A stretch of DNA of 64,000 nt. Source: Leptogorgia sarmentosa. Its lineage: Eukaryota. Positions 38,476-50,628 of the stretch are shown in pieces. Numbering within the stretch: the stretch's first letter is position 1; each line of letters starts with the position of its first letter. The notes under the pieces were generated by a model, which was given only the letters and a program-made list of their open reading frames with translations, did not search any database and had not been told where the DNA came from. The position numbers and the translations under genes were made by a program. The DNA lies in contig OZ210885.1 of the NCBI GenBank assembly GCA_964658305.1, positions 18,104,001-18,168,000 of the forward strand, given 5' to 3'.

Positions 38476-39285
38476 CAGGGTGTATAAAAAAAAACGCAAT
38501 CCAAGTTTAAGGCTTTATAACCAAAATAATATAGATTTCCATGTCTTAACTTTTAGTTCATGTTTTAGCCCTATCTTTTTTCTATTCAATAAGTGGTCGA
38601 TTGTGACTTTTTAGGCCATTTAGGACTTCAAAATAAGTGATTTACTGCAAGCAGTCATTTTTAGATGCTTCGAATTCGACGTTCTTAATTCCGAAGGGGA
38701 CGTTATCGTTGCATGCGAATATTTTGTTTGAAATATTTTCGCGAAATAATTTTAGTCTTAGGCATCATGCCACAGCTCACTACAGCAGAAATAACTTTTA
38801 TTGTTGAAGGTTACTTTGTAACAAAAAGTATTCAGGAAGTTTTAAGATTGTTTCGAATAGCTTTCCCGGATCGACAAGTCCCAAATTCGACGACCGTTTG
38901 GCGTAACGTACTTAAATACCGGCAGATACAGCTTGAAGCAGATGCTTTACATGGGAATCATGAACTAATAAGAAGAGTTGCACAGGAAATGCAACGTCGA
39001 AGTGATTTGTGTGTGGTGAGAAAGCCAGGCCACGTTGAATGATTGTAACCAACTAAAGTTAAATTTTTAATAAATTCAAGCTATCTCAAATTTTAAATTG
39101 TCCAATCACACTTACTAAAAATATCATTACTCGCTCATTTCCAACTCAAATTTAACAAACAAGCAGTCTTAAGAAAGCGGAATGATAGAGCTTTCTAACG
39201 GTGGTAAATATAGCCTATTTTCTAATACTTTTCGTTATGAAAATTGCATTTGAACGTAGGATTGCGTTTTTTTTTATACACCCTG
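38476..39285 (+). mobile_element. Internally deleted Tc1/mariner element in a (TA)n tract
   Basis: TA|CAGGGTGTATAAAAAAAAACGCAATCC...GGATTGCGTTTTTTTTTATACACCCTG|TA. ORF 38713-39042 fuses an N-terminal HTH (DUF4817-like) to the C-terminal RR..C....GHVE tail; the DDE core is missing. Confidence 0.85.
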
Positions 39286-40048
39286 TATATATATATATAT
39301 ATTTCGTTTCATATTTCAATTCTCTTGTTACCACACTTGCGGCTGACCTGCCAAAGTACATGTATGCCCCATTTTAATTAACGGTAGTGTATTTTGAATA
39401 TTTTTTTATTAAATTAGGATTAATCTGATACTAAAGTACTAAATGTATATAAATTTTATATTAAAATATTTATTTTACACTTGATTGTATTTTGATATAA
39501 GGAAATGCACAATCAAAATTAGCTGACAGTGCAAATACTATATAAAACACGGCATAAAACATAAAGTAATAAACACAAACACCTACCAACAATTTTCATT
39601 TCAGTTAATGACAAATCAATCTCTTTGATATCCATATCCTCAAGATTTATAGTCGCCATGTTGAATAGTCACTCTCTCTTCTCCTGTAAATTCCTTTAGT
39701 TTTCCGTATTTTTGTATCATGAACCACTGTTACGATATGTACGGGCTACCTGTACCGGTAGCGCCCACGGTGTGGTGCGTCAGCGGAGATACAATATATA
39801 AACAACATTTACGAACATCTAGAGGCATTCGATTTAGACATTGTACGTTAGTTATATAAGAGAGAATAAAGAACGAAACATGGTGTCAGGTGTGGGATCT
39901 TTTAACTGAAGCCGTGTGGATATATTTTATTGAAAAAATATCGCAACACGAATGTTAAAAGTGCAAATATTTCGAAGATTTACGTGACCCAGTAGGCCGC
40001 CATATTGGATTTTCTGAATTCGAGAAAAAAAAAAAGAAAAAAAAAAGC

Positions 40049-40913
40049 ATGGCAACATACCAGATTCCAGCACCAGAACCAATGAATTGCAATGGCGATG
40101 TCGCAAACAACTGGAAGAGTTTTCATGAAGCATATGAAGATTATTTAATAGCAACAGGCTTAGATCAGAAAGACAAGAAAGTTCAAGTGGCCACGTTGAA
40201 AAGTCTAATGGGAACTGAGTGCAAGAAAATACTTAGACTTCAATTATCAGAGGCCGATATGAAAGATCCAGCTATTATTCTTGCAAAGCTGCAAGACCAT
40301 TTCGTACCAGTACGAAATATTCTGTATGAGAGATATATTTTCCATAACACTGAACAGCAAGTACATGAAACTATTGACCAGTTTCAAGCTCAGGCAATTA
40401 GCTGAGCCATGTAACTTTGGAACACTAGAAGATGAGATGGTGAGAGACCGTCTGGTTCTTGGCTGTCGGGACAGTGCGGCCAGGACCAGGCTTTTCCGCG
40501 AGAAAGAGTGCACTCTCAAGAAAGCTATAGAGTCCCTTCGTATAAGTGAGACCACAAGTGAACAATTGAAGAAAATAGAGAGAGAAGACAATCAAGAGCC
40601 TGTCAATTATGCTCAGAGACAAGATGCAAAGAAACAGAATGTTTCAAAATCAGTAGATCGACAAAGAAAAGAGAGCGGGAACCAACTTAAACAAGGTGGC
40701 AAATGCAAGTATTGTGGTGGAGCTCATGAACGGGACAAACATAAGTGTCCAGCCTTTAGCAAGTCGTGCCGAAAGTGTGGAAAGGCAAATCATTTCCAAT
40801 CAGTTTGCATGCAGAAGCAAGGAGTTAACCTTATGAATGAAGAATCATCAGATGATGAGTATGCCTTTTATGTCGAAACTGTTGAGGCAATAAGACATGT
40901 AGAAGGGAGATAG
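40049..40913 (+). pseudogene. Gypsy gag with two CCHC knuckles, frameshifted
   Basis: CKYCGGAH...C and CRKCGKANHFQSVC; DEMVRDRLVLG; frameshift at ~40385. Confidence 0.88.
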
Positions 40914-41025
40914 GGTCATCGTCCCCACTGTTCTCCGCAAGAAGCTGCTGTCTCGTATACATGCTAGTCATCAAGGGGAGACACAAGAGGAAGCGCTTCG
41001 AGATCATGATAGAAATCTCGTAGCA

Positions 41026-43215
41026 TTGCTGCAGAGAGCAAGGGAAGTGAACTTAAAACTGAATCCCAAGAAGCTGAAGCTTAGATTAAATGAAGTTCCC
41101 TATATTGGCCACCTGCTTACCCCCGATGGTGTAAAGCCTGATCCTGAAAAGGTGCGTGCGGTGCAAGACATGCCACGACCTGATGGACGTAACAGGGCAG
41201 AGAAGGTGAAGGCTGTGCAAAGATTCCCAGGCTTTGTCAATTACCTCGCCAAATTCGTGCCACATCTCGCAGACGAGAGTGAACATCTGAGACGACTAAC
41301 CGACAAAGGTGCTGAATGGGTTTGGGAAAAGCACCATCAAGATGCCTTCGATCGTATCAAGAAACTGGTTGCAAACCATCCAGTTCTATGCTATTATGAT
41401 ATTAGCAAGCCAGTGTCAATTCAGTGTGACAGCAGTGAGACTGCTCTTGGAGCTGCTCTGCTTCAAGATGGACAACCTGTGGCATTTGCGTCCAGGACAT
41501 TAACGCCAACAGAAAGAGGTTACGCCCAGATAGAAAAGGAGTGTTTAGCAATAGTCTTTTCGTGTGATAGATTTAATCAATACATCTATGGAAGAAAGTC
41601 AGTGGATGTACAGAGCGACCACAAGCCCCTAGAAGCCATTTTTGGGAAGCCCTTGACAGCAGCTCCAAAGCGTCTTCAAGGCATGTTACTCCATCTTCAG
41701 AAGTATAATCTTAAAGTTCGCTATAAAAAAGGAACTGAGATGTTTATTGCTGACACGCTTTCTAGGGCTCCTTTACCCGATGTCGGTCCACCTGGGAACT
41801 GTCTGAGGCCGGAGAAAGAAGATGTATGCCGTGTGGATGTGGAACAAATAAATGCGTCTGAATTTATAAGAGTATCGGATGACGGTTTGAGGCGTATCCA
41901 GCGTGAAACAGAGGCAGACGCAAAGTTACAGCGCCTTAAAGAGATAGTGTTGCGGGGATGGCCTGAAACCAAACCGGAGGCAGACCCGAGCGTTGCTGAG
42001 TATTGGACGTTCCGTGATGAAATAAGTATCTATAACGGGGTGTTGTACAAGGGAGATAGGGTCATCGTCCCCACTGTTCTCCGCAAGAAGCTGCTGTCTC
42101 GTATACATGCTAGTCATCAAGGGGAGCAAGCGTGTCTTTGCCGTGCAAGAGATGCTCTTTTTTGGCCCGGCATGAGCCAACAAGTTAAAGATCTGGTGAG
42201 CAGTTGTAGTCTTTGTGCAGATTTTGCGCCAGCACAAGCCAAAGAACCCCTGATGACTCCAGAGCTCCCAAAGCGCCCATGGAGTGTCATTGCACAGGAT
42301 CTTTACAGTCTAGACGGAAAAGACTTTCTTATAACAGTTGATGCTTACAGTGGATCCTGGGAAGTTGATGAACTATCTCAAACTACGGCAGCCGACGTTA
42401 TCAATAAGACTAAGCAGCACTTTGCCCGCTATGGCATACCTGATCGAGTTTACAGTGATAATGGCCCCCAATTCGACTGCACAGAATATGCATCTTTTGC
42501 CGATCATTGGCAGTTCGAGCATTTTTCATCCTCTCCATACCACAAGCAATCCAACGGGCTTGTAGAGGCAGCAGTGAAATCTGCGAAAACCCTGCAGAAG
42601 AAGGCACAAAGAACTGGACGTGATATGTGGATGAGCTTCCTGGATTATAGGAATACACCGACAGAGGGTATGGACAGTAGTCCAGTACAAAGGCTGATGT
42701 CAAAGAGAACCAAGACAACACTGCCACTTGCAGCACACCTGCTGGAGCCTGAGATCCAACAAGACGTTCAGACAAGGCTTACGTTGAAGTGCAGAAAAGC
42801 TAAAAAACATTTCGATCCAGGTTCAAAAGAGCTACCAGATTTAAAAATTGGTCAACCAATCAGAATGACCAGCCTACCCAAGGATGGTAGGAACAAATGG
42901 AGGAGAGGGATTTGCCTTGGCAAAGTTGCCCCAAGATCGTATTTGGTCGATGTTGATGGCTCCGTATTTCGCAGAAATCGGAAATTCCTATGTAGCGCAA
43001 GGGATAGTACTGCTGAAACTCCACCGGAAACCTCACCCTTGGCAGTGCCATCAGTCATTCAGTCGGATTTGGTCCCCGTGCAGCCATTGCAGCAACCTAC
43101 TACCACAGAGGAGCCACCTGTACCAGTCAGCCTACCAACTCCAGAAATAGCGCAACCCGTAAAGATAACAAGGAGCGGACGGATAAGCAAACCGCCAGTG
43201 AGACTCAACCTTTAG
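41026..43215 (+). pseudogene. Gypsy pol C-terminal part: RT tail, RNase H, integrase
   Basis: QCDSS..LGA, YAQIEKECLA, SDHKPL, H..HQG...C..C zinc finger, VDAYS, SDNGPQF, SNGLVEAAV, TRSGR. No YxDD or protease upstream. Confidence 0.92.
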
Positions 43216-43724
43216 GTTCAGGATATACAATGAATTACTGTTGACATTTAATTACTTATATATATATATATTTTTTAAACTTAATGTTAGACAGTTTGAT
43301 TATTATTTTTGGAAGGGAAGATGTTACGATATGTACGGGCTACCTGTACCGGTAGCGCCCACGGTGTGGTGCGTCAGCGGAGATACGATATATAAACAAC
43401 ATTTACGAACATCTAGAGGCATTCGATTCAGACATTGTACGTTAGTTATATAAGAGAGAATAAAGAACGAAACACCACTGACGACTCTGTTTGTGGGAAA
43501 TAGTCAGAAAACATCAATTTTAGTCAGATAACGACAGAAAGTTGGCAGAGGTTTCCTTCGATTTTTTTCTCAATTTCACTTCCGCCCACAAACACAGTCG
43601 TCAGCGGTTCCTGATACAAAAATACGGAAAATAACCAAAAACCCAAGGAATTCACGGGAAAATAGAAACCTCTGTGGAGAAGAGAGGAACAATACAATTT
43701 TGTACCTGTGTGCACTGGCAGCAC

Positions 43725-44034
43725 TTATTGAGCACTTATGGAATCGTTTAAAAAGGGAAAAGATTAAACATGAAGTCACAAGCAAGGACAGGCTGTGGGA
43801 AGTAGTTTCTCAATGTTTGAATAGTATTGAAGCATCGACTCTTCAAAATCTGGTCAAATCCATGCCAAAAAGAGTTCAAGCTATTTTAAAAGCGAAGGGA
43901 GGACACACCAAATACTGATAACTATTTGATTTAAAAGTAAAAGTAGGAATTGTTGTGTGACAAATTACAATATTGCTCCAAATTAGAAATTAGGAACTTA
44001 ATACTAACTGGACTCATTCTTGTGGCACCTACTG
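43725..44034 (+). mobile_element. 3' end of a Tc1 element
   Basis: IEHLW...LVKSMPKRVQAILKAKGGHTKY* followed by a terminus ...GTGGCACCTACTG|TA. Confidence 0.85.
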
Positions 44035-44399
44035 TATATGTTGTCAAAATCTAAGTTCGTTTTCGCGTATGTTCCAAATAACGTCGTGAAAATATTGCCA
44101 GACACTTGATACTACGCAATGACTTTTGATTTTTGCGGTTTATAAGTAGTTTTTCGATAAAATGATTTTAGAGCAACTTTAGTGCTAAAGTCGTGTACAT
44201 CGTATACTTGTGTTTTGCGTCAAACCCATCTTATGAAGTCACATAATAAATTCTGCATAAATTAGCATAAGCAGTTTTTTTCGAAATGGCGGCCGACTGT
44301 TGAACATTTTCATCAATTTTCTCATCAACTAAACGCTTTGGGCAGCTTAAACTAGGAAATTGAGTATTCTGTAGTTGTGGTCTATCAAAATGGGCAATA

Positions 44400-44640
44400 A
44401 AAGTCAGCTTCATGATTTCTTGAATTGTGAGATTACTCTTGTCAAACCAGGTTTTGATGCATATACTACGTTCTATTCTGTGTTGTTTCACTTTGTCAGA
44501 TTTACAACACATGTATTTGAAACCATCTGATCTATCTATGCAACTTGTCTACTCCATTGCTTTAGTGCAAACAGGACAGAGAACTTCATTTCGGAACCGA
44601 TGTCTTTCAACCATTGTATCATTACTTGTTTGTCGCATTA
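44400..44640 (-). pseudogene. Merlin/IS1595-like transposase N-terminal fragment
   Basis: CPVCTKAME*...DRSDGFKYMC...H..ERSI...TWFDKSNLTI; this Zn-ribbon pattern is typical of Merlin N-termini. Confidence 0.6.
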
Positions 44641-45089
44641 GTAATTTTGAATGAGAATTATGAGATCGTCGTAGGTGACATGACATTCCGTTGTCATTCG
44701 TTTTCTTTGATAACTCGACTCTGATGTTTTGTTTTATTTTTACATGGTACATCGTCCTCACAAAACAAGAGCTTTCATTAAATGAATGTTGATTTGATTT
44801 TGCTTATACGCACTCGAGTTTGGAGTAATAATAGACAGTATATGCTCCTGGGAGAACAGTAAATGCCATAGACCTAAAATCTTTCGTGCTTATATAAACG
44901 TAATTATCTCGAAAACGTATGCCAATTTTACATGGTTATAAAATCGTTTGGCACTTTCACACCGACTTCTTGTGGTATATGTACTTTGGTTAAAATGTCG
45001 TGTTCTAAACAAGCAAGATTAGCAAGGCAACATGAAATACATGGGCTGATCTCCATCGACGTTTGATAGCCATGCCGTTTGATTTTGGT

Positions 45090-46250
45090 CAACTGTTTAC
45101 CAAAAATAGTGAAGGTGTTGGCTGAAGAGAGAAAGGCATGGTTTTGTCTCCAGAACTATTTGATGTGGTTAATAAGATGCTTAAGAATGATGAGGAGCAC
45201 GGGTCAGGCAAAGTCCAAATGCTCTGCGAATTGTTTTCCGGCGAAAGGACATCATATAGATTTGCAACAGAAACCACAAGGGAAATACCGGCAAATGTTC
45301 CATTCGGTATTCTAGGCACAACACAAATGCCATATGCAGCCCGTTTAGTGTTGAGACTAGATCAAGGGCATGGTAACTCAAAATAAGATCAAGGGCGTGG
45401 TTTGCAAGCAAAAGAGAAGGTTGATGAAATGAATGTGAAAGGATTTTCAGATATCTTTTGGGAAATGCAGCAAGAAATTACAGTTTCACTGAAAGTGCTT
45501 CGCAATTGTTGATGACCTTGGAAGGAGAATTTATAGAAGGTCTAAACAACGCAGTAAAAGAAGGTGTTCCCGGACCAAAATCTAAAAAGCTGAAAACTTG
45601 CTGAAGCAGCTCGCGGTGAGCATCCATGTCCTCAATCACATTGCGGAAAATTTATTCGTGGAATAAAACCAGGGCCGCCAAACAAAGAAGTGTCATTGGA
45701 CACTGTAAAGAAAGTGTTGGCATTGTTAGATTATTGCCTGGGTCAAAAGGATGTTATCATAGAAGTGAGTATTATTTTTTATCATTTTTATTTAGAATTA
45801 GTGGTTGACTGGGTTGGGGGTTGGGTTAGGGTTGGATTTGACTTGGGAAATAAAATAGCCACATGGAAAAACAACAAAAACAGCCAACCATGTCAGAAAA
45901 AAAAGATGCCTATACTCCGAGTGCCTGGGCCAATTGTTACCCTAAGATTATTCAAACAAGTTGCGAGCATAAGATTGAGAACAACCACTCTGTCTGAGTA
46001 TGAACAAGCTGCATGGGATCTTGAAACAAAAGGGTGTGGTAAGGTCATTAATCTACGTACCACAAGATCGAGCACGCAAACGATGTTTTTCATAAAAAGA
46101 AGTCCAGACTCTATTACTGATGAGCATCTTATTGGCTGCGAAGAATACTGCGATCGCTTCAATCAGCCTTTGCATGGAAGTGTCACTGAAGGAGCGAAAA
46201 GGTCCCTTGTTGAAAAAGGCTTTGTCAGTGCAAATTTGTTCCAAATGTAA
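45090..46250 (+). pseudogene. Decayed DUF3987/YfjI-like AAA+ (helicase-like) gene fragment, tentative
   Basis: MVLSPELFD...LCELFSGE..SYRF..E..REI...FGILGTTQ; helical lid-like segment; splice donor at 45764; basic C-terminal exon. Several frameshifts. Confidence 0.45.
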
Positions 46251-46729
46251 TTGGAAACTGAAAATTTGACATAATGTTTATTAAACAATGCAAATTACAG
46301 CAAATATACCATTTTCTTTCTCTTTGTCTTTATTGCGTATATGCGTAGCACATGGCCAGTAGGCACATGGGCCCATAGGCGAATAGGCAGGTAGGCAGGT
46401 AGGCGCGTAAGCATGTGGGCGCGTAAGCATGTGGGCATATGGATATTCTTTAAAGCGGGCTGCTGTTGGCGGGGTATTCTATAGTTATTCCAAAAGAAGA
46501 AATTGGTGAAAGTGAGTGATGAACCAGTCCACAAGTAAAAAAAGCGAAGAAAACCAGTGGTGAACATTCCAAGGACAAATAAAAATGTGAACATTTAAAA
46601 TATGCTCAAATTACTTTGGCAAAAATACTGTATTTTTATAATAAGTATAATCAAATGTTCACAATCTTTATCAACTTACATATATAGTGTGTTCCTCAAA
46701 AATGGATTTTTGTGCATTTCTGACTAATA

Positions 46730-47668
46730 CACCATTTGCCCTTCATTAAGCAAAAAGAGAATCTCATTAAGATAATCTTGCACCTTCAGCAATTCAAGTC
46801 CGAATATCAATAACACATTATGTGAAAGTCACTAAGCATGGAAAGAAATTCAATAGCAACAATTTTCGTGTTCATGCGTAAAAGTTGAAAAACACAAATC
46901 AAGGATGGAAATTCAATAAGAATACAAAGGATATTCAAAAAAACAAAAGGGTTTTTCGTTTGAATACAAGTGACGTTCAATTAGAGAAAAATGTAAGTTC
47001 AATAAGGTTGAATGCAAATATATACTCAAGGGAAAGCAGTGTGTAAAGAATTTTGCTGATTACTTCATTTGCATTGGGAACGTTGGTTTAAAATCGTCGC
47101 TTGTGAAATCAGCTTTAGACATTTTTGTGAGTTTGTGTGTTGTATTCCACGATGCCTTGCCATGGAAAACATTAATGGTTAAGTGGGTGTATACTGCTAC
47201 GTGTAATATAATTGTGTGTATGTGTAATGTGTAGAGAGCAAGTATTGAGTAAATTTAGACTCAAACCACATTGCATATTATGTGCCGCTTTTTTGAACTT
47301 ACATTTTTATGTTATTGAACATTCCTTGTATTGAAAACGTCTTTTGTTTTTTTTAATATCCCTTGTATTCTTATTGAATTTCCATTTTTGATTTGTGTTT
47401 TTCAACTTTTACGCATGACCACGAAAATTGTTGCTAATGAATTTCTTTCCATGCTAAGCCCTGTTTCAAACATCGAAGTTCAGTCGCGTTGAATGCAATT
47501 CAGACAAAGGATAATGAGCTGATAATGAGGCAAGTTATCTCATTATCTATTGTTTGAATTGCATTCGACGCGACTTAAGTTGCATTATTGATATTCGGAC
47601 TTGAATTGCTGAAGGTGCAAGATTATCTTAATGAGATTCTCTTGTCGCTTAATGAAGGGCAAATGGTG
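46730..47668. mobile_element. Long-TIR MITE (about 940 bp)
   Basis: TA|CACCATTTGCCCTTCATTAAG...CTTAATGAAGGGCAAATGGTG|TA. The arms run over 250 bp; the right arm contains a Harbinger-like MITE (~47455-47580). Confidence 0.8.
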
Positions 47669-48822
47669 TAATAAAGTCTCTCGTGTAGGGAAATGCTCTG
47701 ACTGTTAAATAAAGTTTAACTATATTGTAGAGTTTATAGGTAATATTTTCCCACAATGATTTGACTCTTGGAGACTTTAAAGTAGCGTCACACACTTTCC
47801 CACTGCAATATGTCTAATGTTCCCAACCATATTCTCTCAGAAAGACATTTCTGCAACTTCCAATATCCCAACCAAATCACTGCACGGTGTAACAAGCACT
47901 CCTCTTGTTCAAGTTGACATGAAGTCCTTTGTTTCATTCGATTTCATTGCCTGCAGCACTGTTTTCAGTCCCTGGTTTGAGTGGTTTCCCTCGTTGTACA
48001 AAAACAACATACCTTGCGACAAATGCTTTCATTTGTCCAAAGAGGTCCACGTTCAACTGGGTCAAGTTGTGTTGCTTTACTGCTGCATTCCTCAATTGCT
48101 GGGCTAGTGTGGTAAAATCCAAACCAAGTGCTGAGGGATATGTATCATCACTAAATTTACTGCTCTATAGTACTCACAATTTAGAAGCTCACATGATCGA
48201 CGAATCAAGCCATAAAAACATTCTGAAAGTTTGTCTTGATTGTTCTTTTGGCAGAATGCTGTGTAAAAGCATAGAACAAACATCAGTGGAGGATATAGTA
48301 GCCAAATTGTTCATTATCTCTGTCCCATATGTAAAAGCATTTGATGCATTTTATAAGTTTACAATAAGATGGCGTCAAATGCTTTTTCACGAGGTGCCTA
48401 TAACCTTTGCACAGTACTGTAAGTTCTCCTCTCTTGAATAGCTTCGGCGAATCCAGTGTCTATTCCTATTGACTGTATTTCTGTTACAGCAACAGACACA
48501 TCAAAGTGTGTAAGTTTTTTGCAGTACTTACATCATCCTGTGGTAAATCATCTTCGCCTTCCCCAGACCATTCGATCATAAACAGCTCACTACGCTCGCC
48601 TTCTTTCACATTCTCATCTCCAATGTGTAAAATGTGTTCGCTTGTTTGTACGCTTTCTGCATCAATCTCCATTTTGGTCGCCGAAACCCTCTAGCATTTT
48701 GAAATATGATCTTTTGCTCGGATATGATATTCTCGTTCATATGTTTTCCTAATCAGCCATGACTGAACACCCCCTTGTGCTCGTCATGTGAGACAAATAT
48801 AATTGGTTCTCAACATATTTTG

Positions 48823-48933
48823 GGCGCTTTCTCGATATATGAGCAACCGAAATATAAATATAGTGAATAACTTTGACCCGAACCACTATTCTAACCCTAA
48901 CCTATTGTGTTGCTCATATATCGAGAAAGGGCC
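48823..48933. mobile_element. Merlin-like MITE with 8-bp TSD
   Basis: ATATTTTG|GGCGCTTTCTCGATATATGAGCAAC...GTTGCTCATATATCGAGAAAGGGCC|ATATTTTG. Confidence 0.8.
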
Positions 48934-49449
48934 ATATTTTGCCACTTACTTTGTTTACTGGCTAGCCTAACCTGTCTCCTTCCACTGGCAAATCACTAAA
49001 AATCAGGCATCCAGATTTAAAAATCTTGAAGTCCAGAGAAGTCAATACTTCATGTAATATCAATAAAGATGTCAATGCTTTGTTAGGATGCTGATCATGC
49101 ATTACAGCAAGTTGTAGTTCCGTGTAGCCTTTTTAGCACTTGTTAACACCTCTTCTGGTGGTTCACATTGGCGACAATTGGCAAGCTTAATTGTCATGAG
49201 AGACGAAAGTGTCCCATTCACAGCAAGCGATCCACGAAATGGTGTTTTGTTTTTCTTTATCATTGAGAAAACTCTCTCTTCACCAGCATTTGAATGAGGC
49301 AGAATAAGAAACCTTACAAAGCCGTCTAAACTTCAAATTATATATGTTTATTAAAACTCTCTCTTGCAGTTTTACAACTGAATTAACGAGCTTACTAATA
49401 AAATTTACATAATATTTTTAAAATAGTGTTCATATTATTAAGGTGTTCA

Positions 49450-50575
49450 AATTTAGACTATTAATATTATTCCTAATATTTACAGCATGTTTCTAATTAT
49501 TCAATTAAGCAGTACTAATGAAAGAATTTAAAAGTAAAAAAGGACTGTGCTCTGTTGATTTTACAGACAGTAATATTTTAAATAGATAAAATTGTTCTGA
49601 ATTCCTTCTCAAATTACGCTGATTCTGGGAGACGACCGGTTTGGGAGGAGATTATGTAGAGGATGGTCTTTAAATTTCATTTTGTCCATACATTTCTCGT
49701 ACAATAGATCGCTTCTACTCTTAAGTGTAGGTAGGTCGGCTAGATTTAGAGCATCTGTGTATGAATCACAGTCAGGATAGATAATTTTAAGTGATCTCTT
49801 TTGCACGACTTGAATTGCCTCAGACAAATAGTCCGGGATAGCTTGCCATACCGGTACAGGGTATTCCAGCACTGGTTGTACCGTAGTTAAATAAACTTTC
49901 AGGATATTATCCTTTTCAACTCCAGCTCTACGCAGTACCCTCAGCAAATACAGTTTCTTACTGGCTGGCTTTCTTGATGTGGTCGACATGGCAGTTCGAC
50001 TTTAAATCACTACTCATAATAACACCTAAGATCTTATAAGTCTTCACTTGTTCTATAACATGGTTACCTATTTGTATTGGTCTAATTAAAAAGTTTGGAT
50101 TGCGTAGAAAGTTTAAGCATTGCTTTGCATTTGGTAGGATTTAACTTCATATTATGCTCCATGGCAAAATTATGTATGTCAGCAGCAGCATTGTTCAGTA
50201 GACTAATAGAATTTCTTGGCATAATCTCCAGTGCGGATGTGTCGTCGACAAATTTCATTCGAAGCTTCCAGTCCCAGAGCAATTTGTTTGTCATGACAAT
50301 AAAGAGAATTATGCCTAATTTAGTTCCTTGAGGAATCCCACCATTCACTGTTTTCCAGTCTGATATAACTCCATCAATTTTAACAGCTTGCTCACAGTTG
50401 GTTAAAAAGGCCGCAATCCAATTCAAAAGTAAAGGATAACTTGTAGGTTTTCTACTTCCTGTAGAAGGATGGTATGATCAACAAGGTCGAACCCTTTAGA
50501 GAAATCAGCAAAGAAAATGCATGCACCGGCATCGCCTGTATCCACTGCTTCGTAGATGGCTTGCAATGTATATAG
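49450..50575 (-). mobile_element. 5'-truncated CR1/L2-group LINE (RT C-terminal half)
   Basis: FADFSKGFDLVDH, GGIPQGTKLG, KFVDDT, YKILGV, VQPVLEY..PVW, HPLHNLLP; frameshifted. Confidence 0.9.
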
Positions 50576-50628
50576 TATGAATGCTTTTTACGAGGTGTCT
50601 ATAACTTTTGCACAGTACTGTACATTAC

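Larger units (their letters stand above)
34110..39659 (-). pseudogene. Academ transposase with internal ankyrin repeats; interrupted and 3'-truncated
   Basis: ATG at 39659. VLDKIGLTIHW (37270), LLIDNINI (~35685), LPISLEN, ankyrin repeats GRSLLHPAVEEG / GATPLIIAV (34450-34705), VVGD (34290), IPGDLH (34220). Confidence 0.75.
39728..43474 (+). mobile_element. Ty3/Gypsy LTR retrotransposon, both LTRs, protease and most of RT deleted
   Basis: 153-bp TG..CA LTRs at 39728-39880 and 43322-43474 (2 differences); 4-bp TSD CCAC; PBS TGGTGTCAGGTGTGGGAT (tRNA-Leu-like); PPT GGAAGGGAAGA. Confidence 0.96.
31486..43686. mobile_element. AcademH DNA transposon (RecQ helicase + transposase), internally deleted, with nested insertions
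   Basis: Perfect 9-bp TSD GAACAATAC at 31477-31485 and 43687-43695. TIRs CTCTCTCCTCCGCAGAGGTTTCTATTTTCCC / GGGAAAATAGAAACCTCTGTGGAGAAGAGAG. Convergent SF2 helicase and transposase. Confidence 0.9.

Noticed and set aside
39881..39898. tRNA gene (also 51519-51536)
   Set aside because: Only an 18-nt primer-binding site after an LTR; no cloverleaf.
45805..45840. Telomere-like GGGTTAGGG
   Set aside because: Only one or two units; such motifs are common inside MITEs (also near 48890 and 25920).
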